Source: Pseudovirgaria hyperparasitica
Lineage: Eukaryota
Length of the DNA: 64,000 nucleotides
Reading direction: 5' to 3' (one strand)
Assembly (NCBI GenBank): GCA_010093815.1
Contig: ML996565.1
Part shown: piece after piece, positions 1 through 13,186 of the stretch
Layout of the letters: every line of letters starts with the position of its first letter
Numbering within the stretch: the stretch's first letter is position 1
Notes under the pieces: model-generated
Databases searched by the model: none
What the model was told of the DNA's origin: nothing
Seen by the model: the letters and a program-made list of their open reading frames with translations, nothing else
Translations under genes and position numbers: made by a program

Positions 1-243
1 CTGCAACACCAGCGCTGAACCTTACCAGGAACGGCGGACACTGCATCTCGCATCGAGCGATCTCTCCTCTCCCTTGAATGCCGTTGCTGTGGTGGGATTG
101 GTTGTGATGCTTGCTAGGCGAGAGGGGGGATTGGGTGGCGATGTAGGTGGGCTGCCCCTGATCGACAGGTGAACGGTCTGCTTAGGGGACGACTGTAGCA
201 CAGTAGTTAAAGTAGCGGTAGGCTGTTGTGTTATTGAGGGCAT
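1..243 (-). CDS. Possible first exon of a gene running off the window's left edge (hypothetical protein)
   Basis: ATG at 243 opens a 73-codon ORF (MPSITQQP...). A GTAAGG donor-like site lies at about 25, just before the stop, suggesting splicing to exons outside the window. No family recognised. Confidence 0.35.
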
Positions 244-1100
244 CCTTGCGTTTGTGTCGTTAAGCTTTGGGAGGGTGATGGTGGCTGGTTTGATTGCGCG
301 TGGTATGATTTATATACTGACTGCTGACTGACTGACCGACTGACTGACGACTGAATGACTGTTTAGTTCGAGGCTTGGATGCGAATTGTGATGCTTGCTA
401 GTTAGATAGTTAGATGTCTCTTCCAGCAGCTCGTTCATTCATTCATGATCTCATGATTGTCGACGCCCAGTCCGGCCTCGTATCCGTCGGATTGCGATGA
501 ATGCTGACACAGCATTGACTATCCACCACCAGCTTGAAACCCAACAGCCAATCGCATTGCTCGGGCTAGCATTGCCAAAAAAGTCACTTGGTCATTTATA
601 ACTTTTTTGCTCGTTAAGAGAGGAGTATAATCACTACCCGATCAGGCATGGAGGAAAATGTCCTGTCTTCTCCGAGCGTAGAGGAACGAATGGGTTCATG
701 GCATAGTTATAGTATAGTATGGTAGTAATTAGAGATAAGATGATGGTAATAATGACAATACTACTACTACTACTAACTACCAGTTGCTCGAGTGATGCAG
801 TAATGACTCCAGTCAGTCCCTCCTGAGACTGAGACACACCAGAGATTTGGTGCCAAGCCCCCCCTGGGGATACGATTGAAATGAAGTACTCGCCCCCCCG
901 GCTGATGGAGGGAGGGTTACTGGAATTCGATACCCGATCGTTTTCTTCTCTCTGTTGGTAATAATGGCCCAGGTTCTTCGCTCTCGTTCTCTCTAATTAC
1001 TCGTTGCGTTCTCTGCCTGCTCGTGTGCTCTTTTGGCGAGAAGCAGTGATTGCTGCGTCCGACTGCGCATTCCGAGCAAGGACAGTCTATCGCCGTAGAG

Positions 1101-1490
1101 GTATGTATTTCTTGATGATTCCTTTCGTCTGGCTTTCAATTAAAGACCTGTTTGCACTCTCCACCACTTCTAGTCTTCTACCAGCGTGTAAATGGATGCT
1201 CATTGCTGCTGAGAGCACACTCACTGCGCGTCACTGTTGGTTGGGCGTTGGCTTCGTTTCTGCATGGTGGATCCGCCGCTTGCCGCACCCGCTTGACGCT
1301 TGACGCTTGACGCTTCACGCTTGACCTCACCACTTCCACCAATTCTCTTCTTTCCTTCCTACTCCTTCTCTCCTCTCCCACCACTCCTACTCCTCTACCT
1401 CTCTTTTTTCTTTGCTACCACTTCTTCTCCTCATCAATTAATTCCACCATCTATCGCCAGCGCTGTGCTAATTCTTTACGTCGCGTTCAG
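1101..1490 (+). other. Probable 5'-UTR intron of LCB2
   Basis: GTATGT donor at 1101, pyrimidine-rich body, GCTAAT branch site at ~1466 and TTCAG acceptor ending at 1490. Confidence 0.5.
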
Positions 1491-1697
1491 TGCGTCTGCG
1501 TCTTGTCAACTCCCGTCAATCCTCGTGTGTTTGATCGGTCCGCTGCGACTCCTGGACTCTACACCAAAGCATCGCTTATACCGTCCCGCATCCTTTCACC
1601 GCCACGTTCTCACTCACGTCGTCGACGCGTCTGCCCGGGCGGATTCACCAACATCTCTTCGGTCTCGACAGATCTGGCCTCCGCTGGTCCTTCTGCC

Positions 1698-3719
1698 ATG
1701 CCGTCGACGAGATCTCTCTACCCCTTCGCGAGCTCTTCACCTTCTCTAGATCCCACAACCGAGAAGGCGGGCACCCGCAGGACCTCTTTCTCCAAACCAT
1801 CAAAGTTCACCTCCTTCTTCTCCACCTCGCCAAAGTCTCGTTCCGCCCTGTCAGAAGCAGACGCTATCAAGGCCGCCCTCGCTGGTCAGGGAGCGCAGCA
1901 CCCGTACAATTCCCCTTCAGCTATAAGCACTTCGTCTCTGTCGCTTCCTTCAATAAGCCTGTCAACTGCTACCGGCACAAACATGAAGACGGAAGATACG
2001 ACTTTGTTCCAGCCGCCTACGCCGGCTGAGGCTGCACGCATTGCTCGCGCACACGCACAGTTTGGACCGCTGGGCTCGAAGAACCACCTCTACTCAAGTC
2101 GCTTCGTCGGCAACGACTTCCCCGACCCAATCGAAGACGAACCACCTATGTACTTCCTCATCACCACCTATATATCCTACCTCATCCTTATCATATTCGG
2201 TCACGTACGAGACTTTTTCGGAAAGCGTTTCAGGGCGGAGAAATACAAGTACTTGCGGGCCAACGATGGCTATGCTCCTCTCAACAGCGACTTTGACAAC
2301 TTCTACACCAGGCGTCTGCAGAAGCGCATCTCGGATTGCTTCGCCAGACCTACTACTGGTGTTCCAGGCCGCTTCATCACCCTGCTCGACCGCAAATCGA
2401 ATGATCACAACATGACCTTTCACTTCACCGGCACCACCACAGAAACCCTGAACCTCAGCTCCTACAATTATCTCGGATTCGCACAGTCGGAAGGTCCTTG
2501 TGCGGATGCTGTGGAGATTACGACTCGAAAGAACGGTATCAGCGTTTGCAGTCCCCGTGCGGATGCTGGTACTACTGACCTGCATATCGAGGTTGAGGAC
2601 CTGATTGCGAAGTTCGTTGGCAAGCCAGCTGCTACAGTCTTCTCAATGGGTTTCGTCACCAATGCTACAGTATTTTCTGCTCTAGCCGGCAAGGGAAGTC
2701 TAATCATCTCCGACGAGCTGAATCACTCCTCAATTCGCTACGGAACTCGTCTCTCCGGAGCCATGATCAAGATGTTCAAGCACAACAACATGAAGGACTT
2801 GGAGAAGGTCCTCCGCGAGGCTATTTCTCAAGGTCAACCACGAACCCACCGCCCGTGGAAGAAGATCATCCTCGCCATTGAAGGTCTCTATTCTATGGAG
2901 GGAACCATGTGCAATCTTCCTGCCGTCTTGCAGCTCAAGAAGAAGTACAAGTTTCACCTGTTCATTGACGAGGCTCACTCGATCGGCGCTCTTGGACCTA
3001 ACGGGAAGGGTGTGTGTGACTACTTTGGCGTTGACCCTGCGGAAGTCGACATCCTGATGGGCACTCTTACCAAGTCTTTCGGCGCGAACGGTGGATATAT
3101 TGCAGCAGACAAGGACATCATTGACAAGCTTCGTGTCACGAATGCCGGCACACTTTTCGCCGAATCACCGTCTCCTCCAGTCCTCATGCAGATATCGGCC
3201 GCTCTCCGCTGCATCAGCGGCGATCTGGCGCCTGGCCAAGGCGCAGAACGTCTCCAGCGCCTCGCCTTCAATTCTCGCTACCTTCGCCTTGGTCTCAAGC
3301 GTCTCGGGTACATTGTGTTTGGGCACGACGATTCGCCAATCGTTCCCATCATGCTGTACAACCCCGCTAAAATCCCAGCCTTCTCGCATGAAATGTCTGC
3401 TCGCAAGATCTCCGTGGTAGTGGTTGGATACCCGGCCACGCCTCTTGTTGAGAGTCGTGCCCGCTTCTGCTTATCTGCCGCCCACACCAAAGAAGATCTC
3501 GACCGCGTCCTGTCTGCTTGCGACAGCATTGGCGACATTCTCCAGCTCAAGCTCAGCAGTGGTATCGCTGGTGGTGCCGAGCCCATTCCTGATGGCCTAA
3601 CCAATGAGGAGGAGCACAGGATCCAGAAAGGCGAGAAGACTGAGTTCAAGCCACCACGCTGGAGACTCGAAGACGTCCTCAAGCGGGGTGTTGACGACAT
3701 CAAGATGCCTCTGAGATGA
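1698..3719 (+). CDS. LCB2: Serine palmitoyltransferase subunit 2 (PLP-dependent, class II aminotransferase)
   Basis: Intronless ORF with the first in-frame ATG at 1698. Motifs NLSSYNYLG, SDELNHSSIRYG, DEAHSIG, GTLTKSFG (PLP lysine) and RARFCLSAAHT are typical of Lcb2. Confidence 0.95.
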   Translation: MPSTRSLYPFASSSPSLDPTTEKAGTRRTSFSKPSKFTSFFSTSPKSRSALSEADAIKAALAGQGAQHPYNSPSAISTSSLSLPSISLSTATGTNMKTEDTTLFQPPTPAEAARIARAHAQFGPLGSKNHLYSSRFVGNDFPDPIEDEPPMYFLITTYISYLILIIFGHVRDFFGKRFRAEKYKYLRANDGYAPLNSDFDNFYTRRLQKRISDCFARPTTGVPGRFITLLDRKSNDHNMTFHFTGTTTETLNLSSYNYLGFAQSEGPCADAVEITTRKNGISVCSPRADAGTTDLHIEVEDLIAKFVGKPAATVFSMGFVTNATVFSALAGKGSLIISDELNHSSIRYGTRLSGAMIKMFKHNNMKDLEKVLREAISQGQPRTHRPWKKIILAIEGLYSMEGTMCNLPAVLQLKKKYKFHLFIDEAHSIGALGPNGKGVCDYFGVDPAEVDILMGTLTKSFGANGGYIAADKDIIDKLRVTNAGTLFAESPSPPVLMQISAALRCISGDLAPGQGAERLQRLAFNSRYLRLGLKRLGYIVFGHDDSPIVPIMLYNPAKIPAFSHEMSARKISVVVVGYPATPLVESRARFCLSAAHTKEDLDRVLSACDSIGDILQLKLSSGIAGGAEPIPDGLTNEEEHRIQKGEKTEFKPPRWRLEDVLKRGVDDIKMPLR

Positions 3720-5419
3720 GGATTTATGGACATTGCCCATTCTACTACAAACCTACCTTTTCACACACTCTCGCTCGAAGCGCCTTGCACGATACTATAT
3801 CAATGTCTGATCTTCGACCTTTCACCGGAAACACCCTTCGATACATGACCAAATCTACTCATATGCACGGCATTACATTGCATCGGCACGGCGCTTACAA
3901 GGAACCCTTGCTTAATACATTGAAGCATCATTCTGCTCACGGAGACTCTTTGGCTGCTCTTTCTGAGACGTGGTGGTGCTTAGCTTACACCTTTCTACAG
4001 TCGACGCAAAACATATTGCGTGTCTGACTCTTTTTTTCTCTTCTATTTCTCGGCGTTGCCACTCGCTCGATCCTAGCGCGAGCGGTATTTTGCTGGGTGT
4101 GCATCTTATCATTTCTAATTAGACCCTATGTATATAAAAACTTTCGGGCTGGAGCATCGCTGCCGGGGGTAGGGGCGGGGGCGGTATGAACGGCAGTTCT
4201 GGAGGTGAACTGCGAAACGACGACGGGGTGTTGGGGATGGATGACCTAGTGGGATGAGGTGAAATGACACACTTTGGGGACGGAAATAATGAGTTGTGTG
4301 GATGCTTATGAATTTGTGTGTCTCGTGCTTGTGCGTGATGTGATGTGATGTGACGTGGTTATATGAGTGCTGGTAAGCTGAGCTGGGCTTAACTGTGTAT
4401 AAGTGAGTACGAAGTCTACGGGTCGTGAGATTCCTAATGTATATATAGTATAGCATGCGTGGATCGATCCCTTGGCATGACCTTCAATCACGTAGCGTCA
4501 ATGCAGACAACGTCACCGGCAGCCATGTAGCTACATCTGACCTATCAAACAGAATTCCGAAGGGGCAATTATCAAGTCGAACACCAAGCCTTCAACGGGA
4601 ATATTCCATCTAACGAATCAAAGACTAGAAGGGTAGTAAATAACAGCCTATGATTGGTAAAGCAGTGACGTTTATATGAACGAACGATTCTCTATCGATA
4701 GATAACTACCACAATGCTCGATCTGATCGCAAAACACACGATTGATTCACCAATAGGAACCGCTTCTTCGTATTCCTTTGCGGGGGGGGGGAAGGACAGC
4801 TATTAGCATGATCCTGCCAATAGTACACTGCACCGCACGCAAGAATGACTCCATACAATCGAAGTGTGCCATACAGTAATTGGCATCTAATCACTTCCCA
4901 AGCAGCACCGTGCATACGAAGTAATGTACACTCGACCGCCGCTAACAAGCTACGTCAAAGCAAACTATATGCGAGAGAAAAAAATCAAGTGGATGGATCG
5001 GATGGGGTTCCAGCTCCAGCTCCAGTTCTTTTGTCTAGTAGTCGCAGATTGAATGTGTTGGCGTGCTGCGATTCGTGTTTTGGAGGGGGGGGTTTGGGGC
5101 CTTGTTTGCATACTTATAGGGCATAGCTATAGCAGCATGTATGTTTAAAGGGACCTTGGGGTTCCTCCCGCTCGCTCCTCCCACACAGGAGGACCTGACG
5201 ATTCTTTTCGGTAGATTGGTTTTTTTTTGTCGAGCCGCCTTTGACCGGATGTTTTCTGTGGGATGGAAGAAAGAGATGGACTTGCCTGTTTGCTCTGTGG
5301 GAGAGAGAGACAGGGAGAGATGGACATGTGTCGGGCTGGGCGGCTGCGCATGCTGCATCTGGATTGACCGGTCGCTGATACGAGTGCTTTGGAGAGTCTC
5401 TCACATGATGGATTGGGTG

Positions 5420-5514
5420 TGGATGGATGGATGGATGGATGGATGGATGGATGGATGGATGGATGGATGGATGGATGGATGGATGGATGGATGGATGGAT
5501 GGATGGATGGATGG
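5420..5514. repeat. (TGGA)n tetranucleotide microsatellite, ~23-24 copies
   Basis: Uninterrupted ggat/tgga run seen directly. Confidence 0.97.
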
Positions 5515-7827
5515 CTGTCTGACACACAAACCTGGCCCGCCGCCCTTCTTCATGGCCTCTTCTCTCCTCATGATTTATCGGGGAGCTGCTTGGCAGTCTT
5601 CGTATCCAAACGTAACAGTGAGTACGAGAGATACAGCCCACTCTTTCGATCGGGCTGACTTACAGAATCCGTGTAGCAAGAGAAGCCTCACTGACGAAAA
5701 CACACAAAAAGGGCTCTTCTTATCATCTCCCCGATGGATGCGCTTTCAGGGCGTTGAAATTTCGTCCCGCCTTCATAGCTATGCCCTGTATCACACGGTT
5801 TTATCGACGCCCTGAACTGGGATCAGAAGGGGGAGGACCTATGAGCGAAGGCTACGTGGTCGTTCGACGGTCAGAACCTTAATACTGAACAACGCCCCGG
5901 CGGTTCGTCAGGCTGGAAATATACTGCGAACGGGACGAGGCTTGGGGATTTTCTCCACGAAAGCAACGATGATAACAAAGGACTCTTGATGTTGAGCCTC
6001 TTCGTTGCTGCCTGGACGCTTTTTGTTCATTTGGACCAATCCGCGCGCTCGGGGTGGTGACAGGCCCCTGATCATGTGTGTGTTAGTCTCTTGACTCGGA
6101 CTCGGATCCAGGACAAGATGGATGGGATTTTCTGTTTGCCGTTCCTCGGAAAATGTCAACACACACACACATACACACGTACAAACACGCGCGTACACAC
6201 GGTAGCGTCGCCGCCGCCACCAGCTCATACTACGCATAGTTGGGCGATCAGCTCGACACTTTAAGGGAACCCTGGCTCCAGAAGCCCTTGTACTGGGTAT
6301 TACCCCACGTCTCAGACCAGCTGTCCGTGATGAGCTGCTGCGCGGCACAGATTGAACCATCCCATCCACAGTATCATGATGCGGCTTGCTCGCTGCCGGG
6401 AAAGGGCAAAGCATTTCAGCCTAACTCTACGTTCACCGGTGCGATGATGCTTGGACATCAGCTAGCGCAGCATGGTAGAGCGAAGTCATGAACGCTGCTC
6501 TAGTCGTCGCGAAGAACGAGTGCAACAACAGGGGCAGGCAAAAGAGGGCACACTACGACTCCAAAGAGGGCGTTCAATGTGTGTTGCGCACTGGGCGAGA
6601 GTGCTCTGAGAGCTCGCCTCGCGCTCGCGCTCCGTGGCATTCAGTACCTTGTCCTTACGTGTTTCATGAGATGCTCAAGGTCATCGAGACGTAGCATCCA
6701 TAGAAGCACTGAATGCTGCTTCGAGCCCGTCGCTCGTAGTCTGAGAAAGAGGGAATGAGGCTGAGAGGCAGGCTCATTACATGGGCTATTACATAGCATA
6801 GCTGCTGGCAAGGAGATATGGGACGTGGGTATGCAATCGTGTATACGTACTGTGACTGATCACCATCCCGGCGGGTCAGTGAGTGTATCGTGGGGTAACT
6901 AAGCCCTGCGGTGCGTATGCTACAGGGGGAGAGGTGTGATGTGGAAGTGTATGCTCCCGCGGCTACTGTGGTGAGTGAGAAGAAAGGTGGCTCTGAAGAC
7001 CGGATCAATATCGAGAGTTATTGTTGCCCTGTTCCAACGTTGATGGATGCCTTCTTTCTTTCAGACAAGGAACATGCGGGGGACTGTCCACTCAGGATGG
7101 ATATCCACCTCCTCCACCACCATCCCACGGCTACACTAACAACACATGAACTGCTTATTCCGTGCAGAAAGCCTCCCAAATTCAGCACATTAACAAGATT
7201 TTAGGCATCTCTAGCCAGTCGTCAAACCGCTTCGCTTCGAAACGATCCGTACCCGACTCCACAACACACACACACACACACCCATCGCCGGGTCCGTCAA
7301 CTGCAGAACGTATCGCTTACACCACCCTCATGCAGCCGGTCAAGATGTTCATGAGCCCATGTGCAGGGGCAACACCAGAGGGAGGCTGCAGGATATGTCT
7401 TCACCGGCCCTTGGGTTCGTGGACTACCACACCTTGTCAAGGCAGCCTTGCTATTGGCTCATGAGAGCCGCATGTACAGAAAATAGGGCTGTGTTCTTCT
7501 ACCGGTCTCGCGAATATCAAAACCTCGACATGCAGGAGTTGCATGGTATTGGATCCTTTCGTCGAGCAACGGAGTCGCGATAGATGATCGGATTGCCACA
7601 GCTGCGCGTACGAAACGCGTGGGACAAACAATGCTCTTATGACACAGCCCGCTACCCTTGGAATTTGAATCTACAAAAGAGCTCAGAAAGTATGCTACTT
7701 GACTTTTTTGAATATACCTGACATGTAGAAGCACTGCGACTATATCACATAGCAAGCTTCCTGCCTTTCATTCACGGCTTGACTGATCGACACTCACGTC
7801 TTCGCTTCGGAGTTCAATACAGTCAAC

Positions 7828-10452
7828 ATGAGCCATCCACCTCCACCTCCGCCGGCCCCTATGCCTATGTATGGAATGCCTCCTCACATGGCTGGTCCCG
7901 TTCCTATGAACGGACCCATGCCCATGGGCAATGGCATTCCTTCTGGAGCCATGCCCCCACCCTACGAATCTCGCGGCCAAAACGGCAAATCACAGGGAGC
8001 CAGAGGATCGGGGAACAAAGACTCGCATTCCAAAGCCACGACTTCGGTGAAGCCGTTTCCCACCACTATGACCTACTGGCTACTCGAGAGGAAGCCCAAA
8101 GCCCTCCTCAAGCCGGGCCAGGACGTCTCCTGGGAGTTTTCGACGTCTTCCAAGATTGGTCTCCCAGACCCCGACATCGAGAAGATCTATGCGAAATATC
8201 GCGCCAAGTGCGAGAGGGACGGACGGAATATCTCTCACGACCTCAAGGCTCTGACGCAGCACTTTCGACGCAAAGCCATCGATGATCTGCTCAGGAGAGA
8301 GCAAGAAAGGGACCCCCATCCACAAGCCGAATGGACGATCGCGGCGCTGATGCTGTCTAAGAGACCCATACATTGGGGATCTCGTCATGAAGAAACGACG
8401 GCGATGCGAGTGATCCTGAGTCGCTGTCACAACCCTGCTCTCCCTGCGAAGCCTAAACCTACTGCCGCCACCACTAAGGACGGCGTCAACAGAGCAACAT
8501 CTGGTGCCAAGGCCCCGAAGCCTCCTGTCAAGAAGAGGGACTATGATAATGATGATGATGATGATGATGCCCTGTCATCTGACGATGATGTCGTCCATGT
8601 CCGCCCGTTCCCCTCGATGGGCGCAGGCCAGTTCCATCCTCAGTCGATGCCTCCTCAGATGCAGGGCCCGCCCGCATTTGGTGGTCAAGGCATGCCTCCG
8701 CAAGGAATGCCTCCGATGGGGAGACCTCCTCAGAATATGCCTCTATCTCAGGGTATGCCACCTCAGGGTATGCCTCCCCAGGGAATGCCTCCTCAGGGAA
8801 TGCCTCCTCAGGGAATGCCACCACATCAAGGCATGCCGCCTCAGGGTATGCCACCACATCAAGGTATGCCTCCTCAGGGCATGCCATCACATCAAGGCAT
8901 GCCGCCTCAGGGCATGCCACCACATCAAGGTATGCCGCCTCAGGGTAGACCTCCATCTCGTGGTATGCCTCCTCAGGGCATGCCTCCTCACAACATGCCT
9001 GGTATGCCACCACATCAAGGTATGCCGCCACAGGGTATGCCTCCTCAGGGCATGCCTCCTCAGGGTAGACCACCATCTCGAGGTATGCCACCACATCAAG
9101 GCATGCCACCACATGAAGGTATGCCACCACAGGGCATGCCACCACAGGGCATGCCACCACAGGGCATGCCGCCTCAGGGTATGCCTCCTCAGGGCATGCC
9201 TCCTAATAACATGCCGCCACAGGGTATGCCTTCTCATAACATGCCTCCTCAGGGTAGACCACCATCCCGAGGTATGCCACCACATGAAGGTATGCCACCA
9301 CACCAAGGTATGCCGCCTCAGGGTATGCATCAAGGGACCAGACCCAATACCCCTTCATATTTGCAAGAGCCAATAAACCCTTTCATACCGGCCCCGTATC
9401 TCGATGTCCCCATCCGAGAAGCCAGAGCGACAGACGATCGACCAAGTGCGCGCAGAGCCGGTCCTAATGCTGTACATATGAACCGTGAACAGACACCTGT
9501 ACGTCGTCATAGTCGCGGTCGCTACCGATCTGGAGATGGCGCGACTAGTTCATCTTCAAGCGATGATGAGACTTTCAGCATGGAAGGCGACTATGACTCC
9601 CGCAGAGGCCGAACTCACCATAAGTCCAAATCACGACGCTTCGAGGGTGCACCCTTCGTGCCCAAGTCTAGCGAGGTTCATAAAAAATCAAAGCGCTCTC
9701 GTGAGAGGAGCTTGGAACGGGTGGCAAGAAAGCTTCTCAGTGAGCGAATGAGTCCCTCGATCGATCGGAAGCATATCAAAGATGTCAAAAGAAAGGTTGC
9801 CGATTGGCAACATCGTTACCCAGACACCACCAGCACGGACTCGGCTTATGGCTCTGGCAATTCAGTCTTCTCTCAGCCGGGCGAGACTGCCAGTACTGCG
9901 CCTTCCAGCTTCGAGGATATACCGCGTATCCCGTCGCTCCAGCGACGTATGAGTGAACGTGCGAGACCCATGGTCTCGTCGATGCGACCAACTTACAAAA
10001 TCCAACACAGACCACCAGCCATGCTCCCCGCCCCCTCGCCTCCACGACACAGACCTCAGACCTACTATATGCCACGAGATGAATACGGCATTGAGGACTA
10101 TCCGCCGGTGGACGATTATCCGCCAGGTGACCACTACAGAGGTCGGCCTGTAGCCGGGGAGCCCCGGCCCAGAGCCTTGTCACCTGTCTTTCGCCGCGGT
10201 CATGTAGGCGAACTGCCATTCGATCGATTAAGCCTCCATGACCGGGCGCCTCGCTCGGAGCACCGCCACAGGGACGCTGCGAGTGAATATGGAAGGGATC
10301 GTAGGGACAGAGCGAAAGAGGCGATTGAATACTTGGTGGACCAGACGCGCCGGAACAGATCGATTGAACGACTTCAGAACCGGAGAGCGTATGAGGATGA
10401 GCACGTCAGATCCGGTCGGTATGGTGTCGCCGGACGATATAGCAGACATTGA
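7828..10452 (+). CDS. Hypothetical proline-rich protein (874 aa) with a GMPPQ/GMPPHQ repeat array
   Basis: Long intronless ORF with an ATG in good context (tcaacATG). It has an ordered-looking N-terminal segment (~aa 80-200), a poly-Asp tract, a repeat block and an Arg/Ser-rich C-terminus. Confidence 0.85.
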   Translation: MSHPPPPPPAPMPMYGMPPHMAGPVPMNGPMPMGNGIPSGAMPPPYESRGQNGKSQGARGSGNKDSHSKATTSVKPFPTTMTYWLLERKPKALLKPGQDVSWEFSTSSKIGLPDPDIEKIYAKYRAKCERDGRNISHDLKALTQHFRRKAIDDLLRREQERDPHPQAEWTIAALMLSKRPIHWGSRHEETTAMRVILSRCHNPALPAKPKPTAATTKDGVNRATSGAKAPKPPVKKRDYDNDDDDDDALSSDDDVVHVRPFPSMGAGQFHPQSMPPQMQGPPAFGGQGMPPQGMPPMGRPPQNMPLSQGMPPQGMPPQGMPPQGMPPQGMPPHQGMPPQGMPPHQGMPPQGMPSHQGMPPQGMPPHQGMPPQGRPPSRGMPPQGMPPHNMPGMPPHQGMPPQGMPPQGMPPQGRPPSRGMPPHQGMPPHEGMPPQGMPPQGMPPQGMPPQGMPPQGMPPNNMPPQGMPSHNMPPQGRPPSRGMPPHEGMPPHQGMPPQGMHQGTRPNTPSYLQEPINPFIPAPYLDVPIREARATDDRPSARRAGPNAVHMNREQTPVRRHSRGRYRSGDGATSSSSSDDETFSMEGDYDSRRGRTHHKSKSRRFEGAPFVPKSSEVHKKSKRSRERSLERVARKLLSERMSPSIDRKHIKDVKRKVADWQHRYPDTTSTDSAYGSGNSVFSQPGETASTAPSSFEDIPRIPSLQRRMSERARPMVSSMRPTYKIQHRPPAMLPAPSPPRHRPQTYYMPRDEYGIEDYPPVDDYPPGDHYRGRPVAGEPRPRALSPVFRRGHVGELPFDRLSLHDRAPRSEHRHRDAASEYGRDRRDRAKEAIEYLVDQTRRNRSIERLQNRRAYEDEHVRSGRYGVAGRYSRH
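8688..9330 (+). repeat. Coding tandem array of 15/18-bp units (GMPPQ, GMPPHQ, GRPPSR)
   Basis: Repeated ggNatgccNccN(cat)caR units read directly from the sequence. Confidence 0.9.
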
Positions 10453-11037
10453 TGTGGTCACTTCTGTGCAACTTTTCCTTCTCCTTCTTCTTCTCCTTCT
10501 TGTACAATCTGTTTTTCTATGTCTATGTTTACGTCCATCTTTCCTATGTTTATGTTTGAGAGATACCCTGCCTGGCACTGATGGAGACCTTCAGTGCATG
10601 AAAAAAAACATGGTGCAAATTTGTAAATCACAGTATAGTGTGTATTTTAATTTGGGAGGCATTAATTGAGTTAGCGGCCACTTGGGCGGTCTAATAATAA
10701 TATATTTGTGTTGTTTTGCTCCCAACTGGAGATGTAGCTGTGTGAAGTCTAGTAAGCGCGAAGAGTAAAAAGACTCGACGATTTGTAGTTCATGGTTTCC
10801 AGGAGTGATGGTATACCAAGAAAGTGATATTCAACCTGAGCCAATATAGTACGTAGTGGTGGGGCACACGCCATGGATGATGGACAAGACCTACTACCCC
10901 GCGGGTCGATGAACAATGAACTCAACTTTCTCACCACCACCTAATCCTGTCCATTGAAGCCTTGAACCGTCTTCAATTCCTATTCCATCACTCTATAACC
11001 TCTTCCAAGTCTACGTATTACACATATACCCGCCAAA

Positions 11038-12154
<1,117 letters not shown>

Positions 12155-12399
12155 ATACAAGGTCCGAGTGACAACCCGAGACGAGACAAATCGGTTTTGT
12201 AGTTTTGTCTTCAAATTGCTGCATTGCTGCATATACCAACAGTATATGGTGCCGATAGCAAATGGCACTCACCACTCATACAATTGGAATGCTCTTGACA
12301 ATAGTATTGAACTTGTACAACCGTCGTGAGAACCCATGCGCCATTGATGCCGATATATGTACAATCTCCAATCTCTTTCTGCAGCATACTCCCATTGTA

Positions 12400-12936
12400 T
12401 CATATTTCGTACTTTCTCCCAGCATGGAACGGACTCCACATACCCCTAACGTTCTCATTCGTGCTGATGACCGGTTTCCTCATCACCTTCCTGTTCTTCT
12501 CCCCGCTTGCCATGCGTAACAAGTCTGCCTTCTGGTGGACTTGCTCTTTCGTCAGATTCCGCACACAGATTGCCTTTTGGTGTCCGTTGATGTAGTGGCC
12601 GACCATGATGGGATGCTTGTTCGGTCGAGGAGAGACGGTTATCTCAATGTTGGGGTGTGCTTTTCCGAATTTCGATAGCTCGTTTGTGATGAAGGAGCTA
12701 CACCGCGCGCGATTCAGCAAAGATTATCGAGGCCTCACCGGATGGGAAAGGGACTTACTTCATGCCTCGAGAGCTGCCATACCAGTCGCAGTAGTGGAAA
12801 TCAATGCGTTTGCATTGTATGATGAAGGCGCCTACGCCATTCTGTGCTTTTGTCAGCGCAATTGTTGGTCTTGGATGAATGGAACCATGCATACCTGGGC
12901 TTTGGATATCGCCCTCAATGCTGTTACTTGAGGCAT
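12400..12936 (-). CDS. MRPL51: Mitochondrial ribosomal protein mL43/MrpL51 (3 exons)
   Basis: Spliced product MPQVTALRAISKAQ|NGVGAFIIQCKRIDFHYCDWYGSSRGM..|..PRPNKHP...YINGHQKAICVRNL...NENVRGMWSPFH, with GTATGC and GTAAGT donors. Confidence 0.9.
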
Positions 12937-13186
12937 TGTGAATCCTCGCGGCGTGGCTAACGAACGGCCTTTGACAGTGGTCGCGCGGCTTTCACTTTTG
13001 TCGTTCTCGACAGCCGTCTCACAACCGAGATTTCCCCGGGCTGTTACCTAGACTAGCAACCCACGACGCGCATCACCATCATCAACTTTTTCCCCTCGAC
13101 ACTTTCTTCCCTGCATCTCCCTCCCTCCCTCCCTCCTCCTTCATCTTTCGCATCTCTATCCCCGTCTGTCACACCTAAACGCGAAG

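Noticed and set aside
5114..5815. ORFs with MDGW/HPSI repeats (up to 224 aa)
   Set aside because: They are translations of the (TGGA)n microsatellite, which has no stop in any frame. The flanks do not look coding.
8504..9376. Cys/His-rich and Trp/His-rich ORFs overlapping the 7828 gene
   Set aside because: Alternative-frame and antisense shadows of the GMPPQ array.
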